Shown: piece by piece, positions 40,542-51,591 of the stretch | Numbering within the stretch: position 1 is the first letter of the stretch | How the letters are laid out: every line of letters starts with the position of its first letter | Notes under the pieces: model-generated | Seen by the model: the letters and a program-made list of their open reading frames with translations, nothing else | Told to the model about the DNA's origin: nothing | Databases searched by the model: none | Program-made: the position numbers and the translations under genes | Source of the DNA: an uncultured Campylobacter sp. | GTDB lineage: Bacteria; Campylobacterota; Campylobacteria; Campylobacterales; Campylobacteraceae | Assembly: GCF_938030685.1 (NCBI RefSeq) | Contig: NZ_CALHHX010000168.1 | Coordinates: forward strand, 4,752-68,751 | DNA: 64,000 bases | Reading direction: 5' to 3'

Positions 40542-41224
40542 TGGCTCGGTTTTACGATTTTCCAGATCCTATGGATGCGCCCGATTTTGCGCCACTTGCA
40601 AGCGGCGGCGATCTGAGCGAGGATTGCTTGCTTAGCGCTTATAGCGCAGGGATATTTCCGTGGTTTAGCGAGGATGAGCCGATTTTATGGTGGTCGCCCA
40701 ATCCGCGCGCAGTGCTTGATCCGTGTGAAGTGCGTGTGCAAAAGTCCATCAAGCCCTATCTTAAGCGATATGAAGTGAAATTTGACGCGAATTTTAAGGG
40801 CTTCATCGAGCGCTGCAAAGACGTACGAAAAAAAGAGAGCGACGGCACGTGGATCAGCGAGCAGATCGTGCAGGCTTACTCGCGTTTGGCAGCAGACGGT
40901 TACGCTCACAGCGTCGAGGCGTACGAGGACGGCGAGCTTGTGGGTGGGCTATACGGACTAATTTTTGGGCGTGTGTTTTGCGGCGAGAGTATGCTGAGCC
41001 TAAAGAGCAACGCTTCGAAAGTCGCGCTGATTAGGCTTTGTGAGGTGCTTGCAAATTTCGGCTTTCTAATCGATTGTCAGATTATGAACGAGCATCTGAA
41101 ATTTATGGGTGCTAAAGAGATGCCGCGAGCGGAATTCCTCGCTCTATTTGCTGAGCTTAGTGCGCAAGATAGCGGCTTTGAGCGCTTTGCAGATCTTAAA
41201 GTTCCGCGCGGAGCGCAGCATTGA
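40541..41224 (+). CDS. aat: Leucyl/phenylalanyl-tRNA--protein transferase
   Basis: AYSAGIFPWF, ILWWSPNPR, AHSVE, LVGGLYG, FCGESM, LIDCQ. Confidence 0.96.
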   Translation: MARFYDFPDPMDAPDFAPLASGGDLSEDCLLSAYSAGIFPWFSEDEPILWWSPNPRAVLDPCEVRVQKSIKPYLKRYEVKFDANFKGFIERCKDVRKKESDGTWISEQIVQAYSRLAADGYAHSVEAYEDGELVGGLYGLIFGRVFCGESMLSLKSNASKVALIRLCEVLANFGFLIDCQIMNEHLKFMGAKEMPRAEFLALFAELSAQDSGFERFADLKVPRGAQH

Positions 41225-41286
41225 GTCAAAGCTTGAGATGCAGCAGCGTAAAAAATGCGCGGAATTTAGAATTTTAAAGAAATAAG

Positions 41287-43107
41287 ATGTGGCAAAGAGA
41301 TAAAAGCTCCTCAGTCGGTATGATCATCGTGATGTTTATATTCGTGCCGGCGGCGCTTTTCGTATTTTTGGCGATTTTATATTTTTGGGGTAGCACTGAG
41401 CGCAAGCTACCGCGCCTGGATGTCAATGAAACCAACAGCGCGATCCGCGGCGCGATAATCGCAAAAGATAATTATGTCGCGGCAAATTCCGTCAAACTCT
41501 ATAAAGTTAGCGTCGATGCGCGCAGCATCGATAAAAACAAGCTTGATCTTTTCGTGCGGCTATACTGCATCTACACGGGTGATAGCGAAAAGCGTGTCAA
41601 AAGCGCGATCGAGGGCTCTGGCGGCACGACCGTGCTGTCGTATAAGATCGACGCCAAAACCGCCGTGCATCTAAAAGAGCTTGCATATAAGCTAAATTTA
41701 AAAAAGGTATTCGTTAGCTTTATGGGCTCAAACGGCAGGTTAAATCCGCCTATCCGCATGAGCGTGACCGAAAGCGGCGAGAAGCGCAGCTACAATGTCG
41801 GCGATTCGCTCACTCCGTTAATCGGCTATATCAATAAAAAAGAGGTTGATGGCATTACAAAGGTTAGTGGTATCAAAGGGATCGAGAAGTACTATGAGTA
41901 TTATCTAGCGCCGGTTAGAGATGAGTTTATCGTGGGCCCGCGCGATATCGGCGGCAACATCATCCTAGAGCGTAGCAGCAAAAAAACGGGCAGGATCGAC
42001 GGCTACAACGTCCGTCTAAGCGTGCCACTAACGCTGCAAAGAAAGATAGAGCGCCTAAGCGATGAGGGCGCTGATAATTACGATGCGCGAGAAATCGTGG
42101 TGGGTATTATGAACTCCAAAACGGGCAAAATTTTATCCCTTGCGACCAATGCCCGCTATGACCCCTCAAACATCACGAAAAACGATCTTAAGAATTTAAA
42201 TTTTACCGCGAGCGAATACGCCTACGAAGTGGGCTCGATTATGAAGCCGATAATTTTCGCAATCGCCTATGATGCCAAAGCCGTCAAACCGGGCGAGATC
42301 ATTAATACCTATAACGGCAGCTATAAGCTTGGTACTCGCACGATCCGCGACACGCATCCTGCAAAGCAGATGAGCGGCGAGGAGATCATCATCCACAGCT
42401 CAAATATTGGAATGATTAAAATTTCAGAGCGGCTGGAGGGGCAGGCTATTTATGATGGGCTTATGAACTTCGGTATGTCGCAAAAAACGGGCATCGATCT
42501 GCCGTATGAGCAAAGCGGAAATATACCTAGTATCAAAAGCCTGAATAATAAAATTTACAAAGCCACGATCAGCTACGGCTATGGCGCGCAGATGACATTC
42601 CTTCAGATGCTCAATGCCTATACCGTCTTTAACAACGGCGGCGTGATGATCAGCCCGCGCCTAGTCGAAAATCTCGAAAATAATGGCAAAACCTACACCG
42701 TTAACGAAAGCGAAACCCGCCAGGTAATCTCCAAACCTACCGCTGACGTAATAAAAGGAATTTTAATCAAAACGGTTGAGAGCGGCACGGGGCGCAAAGG
42801 GCGGGTAGCGGGGCTGCAAATCGGCGGCAAGACGGGCACTGCGCGTATCGCTAAGGGGGGCGGCTATTCGAGCGCCTATAATAGCTCGTTTTTTGGCTTT
42901 GCCAACGACGCGGACACCAGCTACACGATCGGCGTTTTGGTGCGCGAGCCTAAAAGGGGCAGCTACTACGCCGCTCAAAATGCGCTGCCGATCTTTAAGC
43001 GGGCGGTAGGAATTTTGATAGAGGAGGGCTATCTAAAGCCCGCAGCCGACGCAAACGCCACGCAAAAGGTCGAGATCAAGGATGAGGCAGTTGAAATTAA
43101 AGATTAA
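41287..43107 (+). CDS. ftsI: Class B penicillin-binding protein (FtsI/PbpB type)
   Basis: N-terminal TM anchor, GIEKYY dimerisation domain, SIMK, SSN and KTGT catalytic motifs. Confidence 0.88.
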   Translation: MWQRDKSSSVGMIIVMFIFVPAALFVFLAILYFWGSTERKLPRLDVNETNSAIRGAIIAKDNYVAANSVKLYKVSVDARSIDKNKLDLFVRLYCIYTGDSEKRVKSAIEGSGGTTVLSYKIDAKTAVHLKELAYKLNLKKVFVSFMGSNGRLNPPIRMSVTESGEKRSYNVGDSLTPLIGYINKKEVDGITKVSGIKGIEKYYEYYLAPVRDEFIVGPRDIGGNIILERSSKKTGRIDGYNVRLSVPLTLQRKIERLSDEGADNYDAREIVVGIMNSKTGKILSLATNARYDPSNITKNDLKNLNFTASEYAYEVGSIMKPIIFAIAYDAKAVKPGEIINTYNGSYKLGTRTIRDTHPAKQMSGEEIIIHSSNIGMIKISERLEGQAIYDGLMNFGMSQKTGIDLPYEQSGNIPSIKSLNNKIYKATISYGYGAQMTFLQMLNAYTVFNNGGVMISPRLVENLENNGKTYTVNESETRQVISKPTADVIKGILIKTVESGTGRKGRVAGLQIGGKTGTARIAKGGGYSSAYNSSFFGFANDADTSYTIGVLVREPKRGSYYAAQNALPIFKRAVGILIEEGYLKPAADANATQKVEIKDEAVEIKD

Positions 43108-43460
43108 ATTTGCTAAATTTCGCGAGGTTTTTTAAAATTTTGCGGCTTGCGACGACGAAAATTCGCGAAATTTGGCGCGGCTTTTTGAAATTTTAAGACG
43201 TTTAAATTTTACGGCGCGGAATTTTGGCGCATAGAATTTATCGGCGCAAAATTTTAACGGCACGAAGATGGAATTCTATCGCGACACGGAATTTTACGTG
43301 GCGTAAAATTCCGCGTCAAGGCAAAATTTTAAATTTGCCGCGCAAGTAACGCAAGTAAAACGGCGAGCGAGCTTGCAGCTTTAAATTTTTATGACGCGCA
43401 ATGCGAGCATGAAATTTAGCGGGTTTGGCTGCGGAATTTAACGATGAAATTTAACGCAAA
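43108..43460. repeat. Degenerate ~15-bp tandem units with RAATTY core
   Basis: AAATTTTACGGCGCG, GAATTTTGGCGCATA, GAATTTATCGGCGCA, AAATTTTAACGGCAC...; hairpin CGGAATTTTACG-TGG-CGTAAAATTCCG at 43287..43313. Confidence 0.7.
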
Positions 43461-43495
43461 GAAAAGAGGAAAACATGAAAGCAAATGAGGGAAAA

Positions 43496-44731
43496 ATGAA
43501 AATAGCGATAATTGGGCTTGGCTACGTGGGGCTTCCTTTGGCTGCGGCGTTTGCCGCGAAACACGAGGTCGTGGGCTTTGACGTCTCGCAAGAGCGCATA
43601 GACGAGCTGCGCGGCGGGCACGATCGCACGCTGGAGCTTAGCGACGAGGAGCTTGCTGCGGCGATTCAAAACGGGCTTAAATTTAGCGCAAAGTTAGATG
43701 ATATGAGGCAGAGCAATTTTTATATCGTATGCGTGCCGACGCCCGTAGATAGGCTAAATCGCCCCGATCTTACGCCGCTAATCAAGGCCAGCGAAAGCGT
43801 CGGAGCCGTGCTTAAAAAGGGCGACATCGTCGTGTATGAAAGCACCGTATATCCGGGCGCTACGGAGGAGGACTGTGTGCCGGTGTTGCAGCGCACGAGC
43901 GGGCTTAAATTTAACCGCGATTTTTTCTGCGGATATTCGCCCGAGCGGATCAATCCGGGCGATAAAATTCACACCGTCACTAAGATCAAAAAGATCGTCT
44001 CGGCAAGCACCGCGGAGGCTTTGGACATCGTAGATAGCGTCTATCTTAGCATACTGCAAAACGGCACCTTTCGCGCTAGCAGCATCAAGGTCGCCGAGGC
44101 CGCGAAGGTGATCGAAAACACCCAGCGCGACATCAATATCGGCTTTATCAACGAGCTTGCGATCTTGTTCGGCAAGCTCGGTATCAACACCAACGACGTT
44201 ATAGACGCGGCGGCTACGAAGTGGAATTTCTTAAGCTTCCGTCCGGGTCTCGTGGGCGGACACTGCATCGGCATCGATCCGTATTATCTGGCGCAGAAGG
44301 CGACCGAGGTGGGCTATCACCCCGAAATCATCCTCTCAAGCCGCCGCATCAACGATAATATGGGAAGCTACGTCGCTACGGAGGTCGTTAAGATGATGAT
44401 AAAATACGACGAAAAGGTAAAGGGCGCGAAGGTCTTGATCTTGGGGCTGACGTTTAAAGAAAACTGCCCCGACACCCGCAATACGCGCGTTGTGGATATG
44501 ATAAACGAGCTTAAAAATTTCGGCTGCGAGGTAAGCGTCTATGATCCTTGGGCGAGCGCCGCCGACGCCAAGAGATATTACGACATTGATCTGCTGCAAA
44601 AGCCCGACTTGCGCAAATTTGACTGCGTCGTAATCGCCGTGGCGCATAAGCAATTTTTCGAGCTTGATTACGCAGGCTCGCTGGTTTACGACGTAAAAAA
44701 CGTCTATAAAGGCGCGCAAGGAAAGCTCTGA
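43496..44731 (+). CDS. UDP-N-acetylhexosamine 6-dehydrogenase (TviB/WbpO/WecC family)
   Basis: IGLGYVGLP, YESTVYPG, YSPERINPG, EAAKVIENTQRD, GGHCI, FKENCPDTRN; alternative start 43475. Confidence 0.92.
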   Translation: MKIAIIGLGYVGLPLAAAFAAKHEVVGFDVSQERIDELRGGHDRTLELSDEELAAAIQNGLKFSAKLDDMRQSNFYIVCVPTPVDRLNRPDLTPLIKASESVGAVLKKGDIVVYESTVYPGATEEDCVPVLQRTSGLKFNRDFFCGYSPERINPGDKIHTVTKIKKIVSASTAEALDIVDSVYLSILQNGTFRASSIKVAEAAKVIENTQRDINIGFINELAILFGKLGINTNDVIDAAATKWNFLSFRPGLVGGHCIGIDPYYLAQKATEVGYHPEIILSSRRINDNMGSYVATEVVKMMIKYDEKVKGAKVLILGLTFKENCPDTRNTRVVDMINELKNFGCEVSVYDPWASAADAKRYYDIDLLQKPDLRKFDCVVIAVAHKQFFELDYAGSLVYDVKNVYKGAQGKL

Positions 44732-44971
44732 AATTTAGCTTGGGGGTTAAATTTAGACTTTATTAATGTAGTTTGCTTTCTAAGTTTGAAGCTCAAACAC
44801 GATACTAAGCTACAAAAATAGATAAAATTTTTTGGTATAAGTGAAAGTTAATCCTCATCGTTATATAATCGCGGCACTTTCGGGGGAATAAAACGAGTTG
44901 TTGTCGCTTTAGGTTTTGCTTAAAAGCTAGAGCTATTTACAGGCTAGTGTTTTAAGGCTGAAGGATCAAAT

Positions 44972-46294
44972 TTGAAGACCTTTTTGAAGACCTTGCTTAA
45001 AATCATAAAAAACATCTTTAAAGGTATATTTTATATAGTTGTTTTTATAGGTCTTTTTGCCTTGGCGCTCAAAGTTCAGACCGGCAGATTTAAATCAACC
45101 TCCCATCACTATACCGTCACTGCAAATACCAAAGTAGATCCTAACTCCGAGCTAGCTAAATATGTAACGCAAAAGGAGATAAACGCAGTTGGCTATAGAT
45201 ATTGGGATATAGACGAAGAGGAGGTTAGAGATAATCCCACGATGGAACTTTTGCGCAGGAGCTTAAAATCAAAAGATACGGATAAAATTTTAAAATTTAT
45301 GCAGGATAATAATATAAGCGTAGATACCCCTCTTCATTTCGGCGTTACCCCTTTGATGTATGCTAGCTTTTACAATGACGAAAAAACCGCAAAAAAGCTG
45401 ATAGAGATGGGTGCCGATCCTCATAAGAAAGATAATTACGAGCTATCTCCTATGGCATACGCTATGGAAAATAACGCCACTAAGTCGGTCAGGCTTTTGC
45501 TAGATAGCGGAGTTAAGTTTGACGAAGTAGAGATCGTGCAGGAAACCTACGGCATTATGGATGTCGAAAACTGGATAGATTCTATAAGCTTTGACGAAAA
45601 CGCTACGCCGATCATACATTACCGTACCAAAGAGGTTCTTTTTAGCGGCGGAGGCGAGCCATATTATTTTATCACCCACCTAGTTAGAAACAATATGTAC
45701 GATATAATGAAAATGGTGCTAGAGAGCGGTTATAGACCGTATACCTACTCCACTTTCAATATGGGAGAGGTCTATGTTTCAAATAAACTAGAGGAGATAT
45801 CCGGCTATAAAAATATAAAAAATACTAACAAGGAGTATGGGGTAGAGGAGTTTAGGCTTTATATGTCGGTATATGGCGATCTGCTGGACGTACCCGAGCC
45901 CGGCGCTATGATAGATCTACTTTTGCAATACGATATCGGCGGAATCCCAAGCGATGAATTTTTAAAAAGAATGTATGATGATAGGTGTTATAAGGAATAT
46001 AGGTATGATGTAGAAAGCGAATATTATAAGAAAGCAACCAAAGCTAGGTTTCAGCTTGCTTTTTTGCAAAAACATTGTTCCGACAAGAACGCTACCTTTA
46101 AAAATATTAAAGAGTATATACTATTTGCGGTAGAGCGGAAAAAAGTTCGCGTGATAGAATTTACGGCAGATGAAAGAAATATCAAAAACCCCAACTTTCA
46201 TATATCTAAAGAGGAAGTCGAGAGGCTAACTAACGACTATAAAGAATATAAAAGAAATTTATTTAGTAAGGAAGCGGAGGATCAAAAGCAGTAA
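44972..46294 (+). CDS. Membrane-anchored ankyrin-repeat protein
   Basis: N-terminal TM, GVTPLMYASFYN...LIEMGADP, LSPMAYAMENN...LLLDSG; more AT-rich than the core genes. Confidence 0.85.
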   Translation: MKTFLKTLLKIIKNIFKGIFYIVVFIGLFALALKVQTGRFKSTSHHYTVTANTKVDPNSELAKYVTQKEINAVGYRYWDIDEEEVRDNPTMELLRRSLKSKDTDKILKFMQDNNISVDTPLHFGVTPLMYASFYNDEKTAKKLIEMGADPHKKDNYELSPMAYAMENNATKSVRLLLDSGVKFDEVEIVQETYGIMDVENWIDSISFDENATPIIHYRTKEVLFSGGGEPYYFITHLVRNNMYDIMKMVLESGYRPYTYSTFNMGEVYVSNKLEEISGYKNIKNTNKEYGVEEFRLYMSVYGDLLDVPEPGAMIDLLLQYDIGGIPSDEFLKRMYDDRCYKEYRYDVESEYYKKATKARFQLAFLQKHCSDKNATFKNIKEYILFAVERKKVRVIEFTADERNIKNPNFHISKEEVERLTNDYKEYKRNLFSKEAEDQKQ

Positions 46295-46452
46295 GCGGCT
46301 ACGCAACTCGCTGCGAAATAATTAAATTTTAAGGCTCTTTCTGATTGCTCAAAAATGAAATTTTGCCGATTTTATCGGCATTGTATTAGGCTTGCAAACT
46401 CCGCAAAAAGTTTAAAAGGCTCGAATAGAAAAGTTAAATTTAATTCCTAAAT

Positions 46453-47550
46453 TTACAGCGCCTGCGCGAGTATAAATTTCGCAAAATTCTCGCAGGAGTT
46501 CGGGCATTTGCACACTTCGTAGTATTCATAACCCAGCTCGCGCGCCTGGGCCCTATAAAAAATATCCAGCTCAAAATCGGTTTCGGAGTTATCCACGCAA
46601 AACGCGATCGGGAATATCAGCGCTTTTTTGCTCTGCAAATCTCGCAAAACGTCCGCGATATTGGGCTCTAGCCACTTCACGGGGCCCAGGCGCGATTGAT
46701 ACGCCAAGATAATCTCTTTAAATTTAATCCCGCGCGCAGCCAGCAGATCTTTTAAAATTTTTACGTGCGCCTCTACCTGCGCCTCGTAGGGATCGCCCGC
46801 GGCGACCATTTTTACCGGCAGCGAATGTGCGGAAAATATGAGTGAAATTTGCGAAATTTCATCCGCGCTAAATTTTGCGACGCACTCCGCGATCAAATTT
46901 AATAAAATTTCGTTGTAAGCGGCGCTGTCGTAGAAAATATCAACTATCTTATAATTTTTTATCCCGAGCCGTTTAAGTGCCGCTTCGGCAGAACACAGGC
47001 TCGATTGCACCGTAGTTTTCGAGAAGTGCGGATACAAAGGCATCAAAATTATCTCGTCAAAATCCGCGTATTTTTTAAGCACGTCCTCCGCAAATGGCGG
47101 CGTGTAATTCATCGCATAATCGCAAATTAGCTCATCTATCGGTTTTTCATCCTTCGGCGCCTCGTTTTGCAGCGCCTCGTTTTGCGTCGGGACGTCTTGC
47201 ATCGGCTTGCTCTGCAATGAAATGTCTTGCAGCGGCTCATTCGCGGCGCTTGCATCCGCTGCATTTTCAAATTTTAACCCCGCTCCGAATTTTGCTCGCG
47301 CTAGTTCATTTACTCGCTCGCAAAGCGCTTCGGTGATGGAGCATATCGGCGAGCGTCCGCCCAGTTTTTCGTAGTTGCTACGCGCCGCCGCCGCTCTACT
47401 TCTTACGATGAGTGCGGCTAAAACGCTGCGCCAAAAATCGCTCTTAATGCCCAAAATAAAGGGGTCGTTAAACATATTTTTTAAAAAAACTTCAACCTCG
47501 CTCAGATTGTTCGGACCGCCCATATTCAGCAGGATTAGGGCTTTTTTCAT
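46453..47550 (-). CDS. hemH: Ferrochelatase with a ~55-aa internal insertion
   Basis: LLNMGGP, GGRSP, YAMNYTPP, PLYPHFSKTT, FSAHSLP, YQSRLGPVKWLEP, DNSETDFELD. Confidence 0.95.
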   Translation of the reverse strand: MKKALILLNMGGPNNLSEVEVFLKNMFNDPFILGIKSDFWRSVLAALIVRSRAAAARSNYEKLGGRSPICSITEALCERVNELARAKFGAGLKFENAADASAANEPLQDISLQSKPMQDVPTQNEALQNEAPKDEKPIDELICDYAMNYTPPFAEDVLKKYADFDEIILMPLYPHFSKTTVQSSLCSAEAALKRLGIKNYKIVDIFYDSAAYNEILLNLIAECVAKFSADEISQISLIFSAHSLPVKMVAAGDPYEAQVEAHVKILKDLLAARGIKFKEIILAYQSRLGPVKWLEPNIADVLRDLQSKKALIFPIAFCVDNSETDFELDIFYRAQARELGYEYYEVCKCPNSCENFAKFILAQAL

Positions 47551-48425
47551 GAGATGATTTCTCTGATTTTTATCGCATCCTCTACGCTTGCAAGACCTGC
47601 ATTAGTACTGCTGTCGCACATCTCGCAAAACGCTTCGTGTTCGCGGCGTAGCGAAAAATCGTCGCGATCGACGCGCAGATTTACACGCCCGTCAGGCGTA
47701 ATTTTAAAAAGAGTTATTGAGATTAGATCGCCGAAATACACGCCGCTGTCGGTGCAAATTTCGATACCGTGGCGCCTGATCGGATAGAGATTGGACTGCA
47801 TTAGCGTGCAATAGCAGCCGCTTTTTGTGTGAAGTGTCGCGCATGCGGCTAGAGTGCGCTCTTTAGAGATATTTTTGCTAAGTTCTATGCAGGCGATCTC
47901 GCTGTGAGAAAGCAGCCTCACAAGATCGATATCTCTAAAAAGGGCATTGGCTACGATATCTGCTCTATCATCGTTTGCAAAACCGCTTACAAAGCTCATC
48001 GAAAAAATTTTATCCCCCTTGGCTAGTTCGCGTAGCAAGGATACGATGACAGGATTGTAGCGGTCGGAGTAGCCTACGGCTAGGCGCGTGCCGTTAGTGG
48101 TGACTGCGTAATTTATCTCTCTGGCTTCGGCTAGGCTTTGTGCGAGCGGAGATTCTACAAAGATATTTTTGGTAAACGGCAGGCATTTTAAAATCAGCTC
48201 TTTATGCGATGGCGGGGGGGCTGTGATGACTACGGCGTCGGGCTTAGTGACGTTAAAAAGATCGGTTAGATTATCAAAGATCGGATAGCGCGGGCCGAAA
48301 TTTTCACTGCTGCCCTTATGATAAAGCGCTACAAGCTCGAAATAATCGCTCCTTCTTAGCTCGCTGAAGTGCTTTTGACCAAGCTCGTCCATACCTATGA
48401 TCGCTATCTTTTTTTTCATCGCCAT
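47547..48425 (-). CDS. Gfo/Idh/MocA family oxidoreductase
   Basis: KIAIIG, DAVVITAP..SH, IFVESPLA, VGYSDRYNP; next to hemH as in C. jejuni. Confidence 0.85.
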   Translation of the reverse strand: MAMKKKIAIIGMDELGQKHFSELRRSDYFELVALYHKGSSENFGPRYPIFDNLTDLFNVTKPDAVVITAPPPSHKELILKCLPFTKNIFVESPLAQSLAEAREINYAVTTNGTRLAVGYSDRYNPVIVSLLRELAKGDKIFSMSFVSGFANDDRADIVANALFRDIDLVRLLSHSEIACIELSKNISKERTLAACATLHTKSGCYCTLMQSNLYPIRRHGIEICTDSGVYFGDLISITLFKITPDGRVNLRVDRDDFSLRREHEAFCEMCDSSTNAGLASVEDAIKIREIIS

Positions 48426-48541
48426 GCCCTAAATTTAATCTTTCGCGCCATTATAACTAAGAATGGTTAAAATTTATAATTTTTAAAATCTAATTTAGCT
48501 AAAATGCGCCTTTAAAATTTAACTTGAAATCAGGACAAATC

Positions 48542-51085
48542 ATGGATATTAGAAGCGAATATTTAAATTTCTTTGCAAGCAAGGGGCATCAGATCATCCC
48601 CAGCGCGCCGTTGGTGCCGGATGATGATAGCTTGCTGTTTACAAACGCGGGCATGGTGCCCTTTAAAAGCATATTTACAGGAGCCGTTCCGCGCCCGACG
48701 CCGCCTATCCGCACGAGCTGTCAGACCTGCATCCGCGCCGGCGGCAAACACAACGACCTAGACAACGTCGGCTACACCGCGCGCCACCATACGTTTTTTG
48801 AGATGCTTGGAAATTTCAGCTTCGGCGAGTATTTCAAAGAGCAGGCGATCGCCTATGCGTGGGAGTTCGTAACCGAAATTTTAAAGCTTCCCAAAGACAA
48901 ACTCTACGTCACCGTGCATGAAAAGGACGATGAAGCGTTTGGGTTCTGGGCGCAGCACATAGCGCAGGAGCGCATCTACCGCTTCGGCGATCACGATAAC
49001 TTTTGGGCGATGGGCGATACGGGACCGTGCGGACCGTGCTCGGAGATCTTTTACGACCAAGGCGGCGAGCACTTTAACACGCCTGAGGACTACATGGGCG
49101 GCGACGGCGACAGATTTCTTGAAATTTGGAACCTAGTTTTCATGCAGTACGAGCGCAGTAGCGACGGCAAGCTAACTCCGCTACCAAAACCTAGCATCGA
49201 CACGGGCATGGGGCTTGAGCGCGTCACGGCGATTAAAGAAGGCAAGTTTAGCAACTACGACAGCTCGCTTTTTATGCCGCTAATTGATGAGGTTGCAAAG
49301 CTTTGCGGCAAACCTTACGTTTATGAAAGCGGCGCGAGCTATCGCGTCATCGCCGATCATATCCGCTCGGTTACGTTTTTGCTAGCGCAGGGAACAAATT
49401 TTAATCGCGAGGGTAGAGGATATGTTTTGCGTAGAATTCTGCGCCGTGCCGTTCGCCACGGCTATTTGCTCGGTATAAAAGAGCCCTTTATGTATCGCCT
49501 CGTGGATAAAGTATGCGAGCTGATGGGCGGGCACTATGCCTATCTGAACGAGAAAAAGCAAGCCGTAAAGGAGCAGATTAAACTCGAAGAGGAGCGGTTT
49601 TTTGCCACTCTTGCAAACGGTATCGAGCTTTTTAACGAGGAGCTTGCGCGCACTAAAGAAATTTTTAGCGGCGAGGTCGCGTTTAAGTTATATGATACCT
49701 ACGGCTTTCCGCTCGATCTGACCGCTGATATGCTGCGCGAGAAAAATTTACGCGTGGATGAGGCTAAATTTGACGCGCTTATGAGCGAGCAAAGGCAGAT
49801 AGCTAAAGCCGCATGGAAGGGCAGTGGCGATAAAAACGTCCGTGGCGATTTCAAGGCGCTGCTAGAGAAATTCGGCGAGAATAAATTTAGCGGTTACGAA
49901 GAGCTTAGCCGCACGAGCAAGGTTTTAGCACTACTTAACGAGGATTTTGCGGAAGTGGATGAGCTCAAAGCCGGCGATATCGGCTGGGCGATGTTTGATA
50001 TCACTCCGTTTTATGCACAAAGTGGCGGTCAGACGGGCGATAGCGGCGAAGTGGAGTCCATAGCCGATGTGTTTGATACTCAGAAATTTTATGGGTTAAA
50101 TTTATCCCACTTGCGCCTTAATCGTAACCTGAAAATCGGCGATATAGTCGGGCTTAAGGTTTCTGAGGAGCGTGAACAGATTGCACGTCATCACAGTGCG
50201 ACGCACCTTTTGCACGCGGCGCTTCGTGCGGTGCTAGGGGCTCATATCGCTCAAGCAGGAAGCTTGGTTGAAGCGGACCGCTTAAGATTTGACTTCTCGC
50301 ATCCTAAGGCACTTAGCGACGAGGAGCTAGCTAAAATCGAGGAATTTGTAAATAACGCCGTTTGCAAGGGCTGTGCGGCAAAAACTGAGATTATGGATAT
50401 AGATGACGCTAAAAACAGCGGCGCGATTGCGCTTTTTGGCGAAAAATATGGCTCAAAAGTGCGCGTTGTGAGCTTCGGAGAGATTAGTAAGGAGCTTTGC
50501 GGCGGAATTCACGTGCGTAATTTAAGCGAAATAGGGTCGTTTTTTATAGTCAAAGAAAGCGGCGTAAGTGCGGGCGTTAGGCGTATCGAGGCAGTTTGTT
50601 CTCGCGCTGCTTTAAATTCGGCGCTTCAAAATCGCGCTAAGCTTGCTGAAATTTCTGCGGAGTTAAAGGGGGTCGAGCCTCTCCGCGCGATTGAGAAATT
50701 AAAAGATGAGATCAGATCGCTAAAAGATCAGATCAAGCATGCAAGCAGTTCCCATGCACTGGCTTTTCTAAATGTCGGTGATACCAAACTTTGCGTATCC
50801 TCGGTCGAAAGCGGTGATATAAAAACTATGATAGATGAGTTTAAAAATAGCCACGAAAAGGCGGCGATAATGCTGATGCAAGTGGGCACCGACGGCAAAA
50901 TTTCAATCGCAGCAGGCGTTAAAAACGCGCCTATTAAAGCGGGCGAGTGGGTTAAGCTAGCAGCGCAAATTTTAGGTGGCGGCGGCGGCGGACGCGATGA
51001 TTTTGCTACCGCAGGCGGCAAGGACGTGCTAAAAATCGAAGAAGCGATCAAAGAGGCGATCTCTTACGCAAAAGGTAAAATTTGA
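48542..51085 (+). CDS. alaS: Alanine--tRNA ligase
   Basis: [63 protein letters not shown]. Confidence 0.98.
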   Translation: MDIRSEYLNFFASKGHQIIPSAPLVPDDDSLLFTNAGMVPFKSIFTGAVPRPTPPIRTSCQTCIRAGGKHNDLDNVGYTARHHTFFEMLGNFSFGEYFKEQAIAYAWEFVTEILKLPKDKLYVTVHEKDDEAFGFWAQHIAQERIYRFGDHDNFWAMGDTGPCGPCSEIFYDQGGEHFNTPEDYMGGDGDRFLEIWNLVFMQYERSSDGKLTPLPKPSIDTGMGLERVTAIKEGKFSNYDSSLFMPLIDEVAKLCGKPYVYESGASYRVIADHIRSVTFLLAQGTNFNREGRGYVLRRILRRAVRHGYLLGIKEPFMYRLVDKVCELMGGHYAYLNEKKQAVKEQIKLEEERFFATLANGIELFNEELARTKEIFSGEVAFKLYDTYGFPLDLTADMLREKNLRVDEAKFDALMSEQRQIAKAAWKGSGDKNVRGDFKALLEKFGENKFSGYEELSRTSKVLALLNEDFAEVDELKAGDIGWAMFDITPFYAQSGGQTGDSGEVESIADVFDTQKFYGLNLSHLRLNRNLKIGDIVGLKVSEEREQIARHHSATHLLHAALRAVLGAHIAQAGSLVEADRLRFDFSHPKALSDEELAKIEEFVNNAVCKGCAAKTEIMDIDDAKNSGAIALFGEKYGSKVRVVSFGEISKELCGGIHVRNLSEIGSFFIVKESGVSAGVRRIEAVCSRAALNSALQNRAKLAEISAELKGVEPLRAIEKLKDEIRSLKDQIKHASSSHALAFLNVGDTKLCVSSVESGDIKTMIDEFKNSHEKAAIMLMQVGTDGKISIAAGVKNAPIKAGEWVKLAAQILGGGGGGRDDFATAGGKDVLKIEEAIKEAISYAKGKI

Positions 51086-51591
51086 ACGAAATAGATACCG
51101 GCTTCATCAAAGCCTCGCAAATTTTGCCGCTGATTCACATTTTAAGCGTGATTTTTTTGATCTGCGCGCAGATCTGCGTATTTTTGATCGCGCGGATTTT
51201 TATGAATTTAAGCAGTAAAAGCCAAGCAGATGCGAAGGATGTAAAATTTACAGAAATTTTGCGATATATGAAACGCTATGAGCAGTTCTTTGCACTATTT
51301 TTGGTGATCGTTTGCGTAAGTGGATTTTTTCTTGCGGACGGCGGAAGTTTTAAATTTTCAGATCCTATGGTAAAAGGTGCGATTGCCACGTTGTGGGCTG
51401 GCGCCAGCTTTATACTACTAAATTTTATCTACATGCATTATAAAATTTCATCTTTGAAGCGAGCTTTGGATGCGGGCGATGAGCTTGAGGCGAATGAGCA
51501 TTTAATCATCGTCGTTAAATATTTCATCCCGTTAAATATCGTAGTCACGCTGATTTGCGTTTATCTAGGCGTGACGGTGGGCGAGTTTTGA
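51082..51591 (+). CDS. Four-TM hypothetical membrane protein
   Basis: Four hydrophobic segments; translationally coupled to alaS and maf. Confidence 0.75.
   Translation: MNEIDTGFIKASQILPLIHILSVIFLICAQICVFLIARIFMNLSSKSQADAKDVKFTEILRYMKRYEQFFALFLVIVCVSGFFLADGGSFKFSDPMVKGAIATLWAGASFILLNFIYMHYKISSLKRALDAGDELEANEHLIIVVKYFIPLNIVVTLICVYLGVTVGEF

Noticed and set aside
42855..42860. G6 run in ftsI as a phase-variable tract
   Set aside because: Too short for Campylobacter poly-G switching, in frame, and in an essential gene
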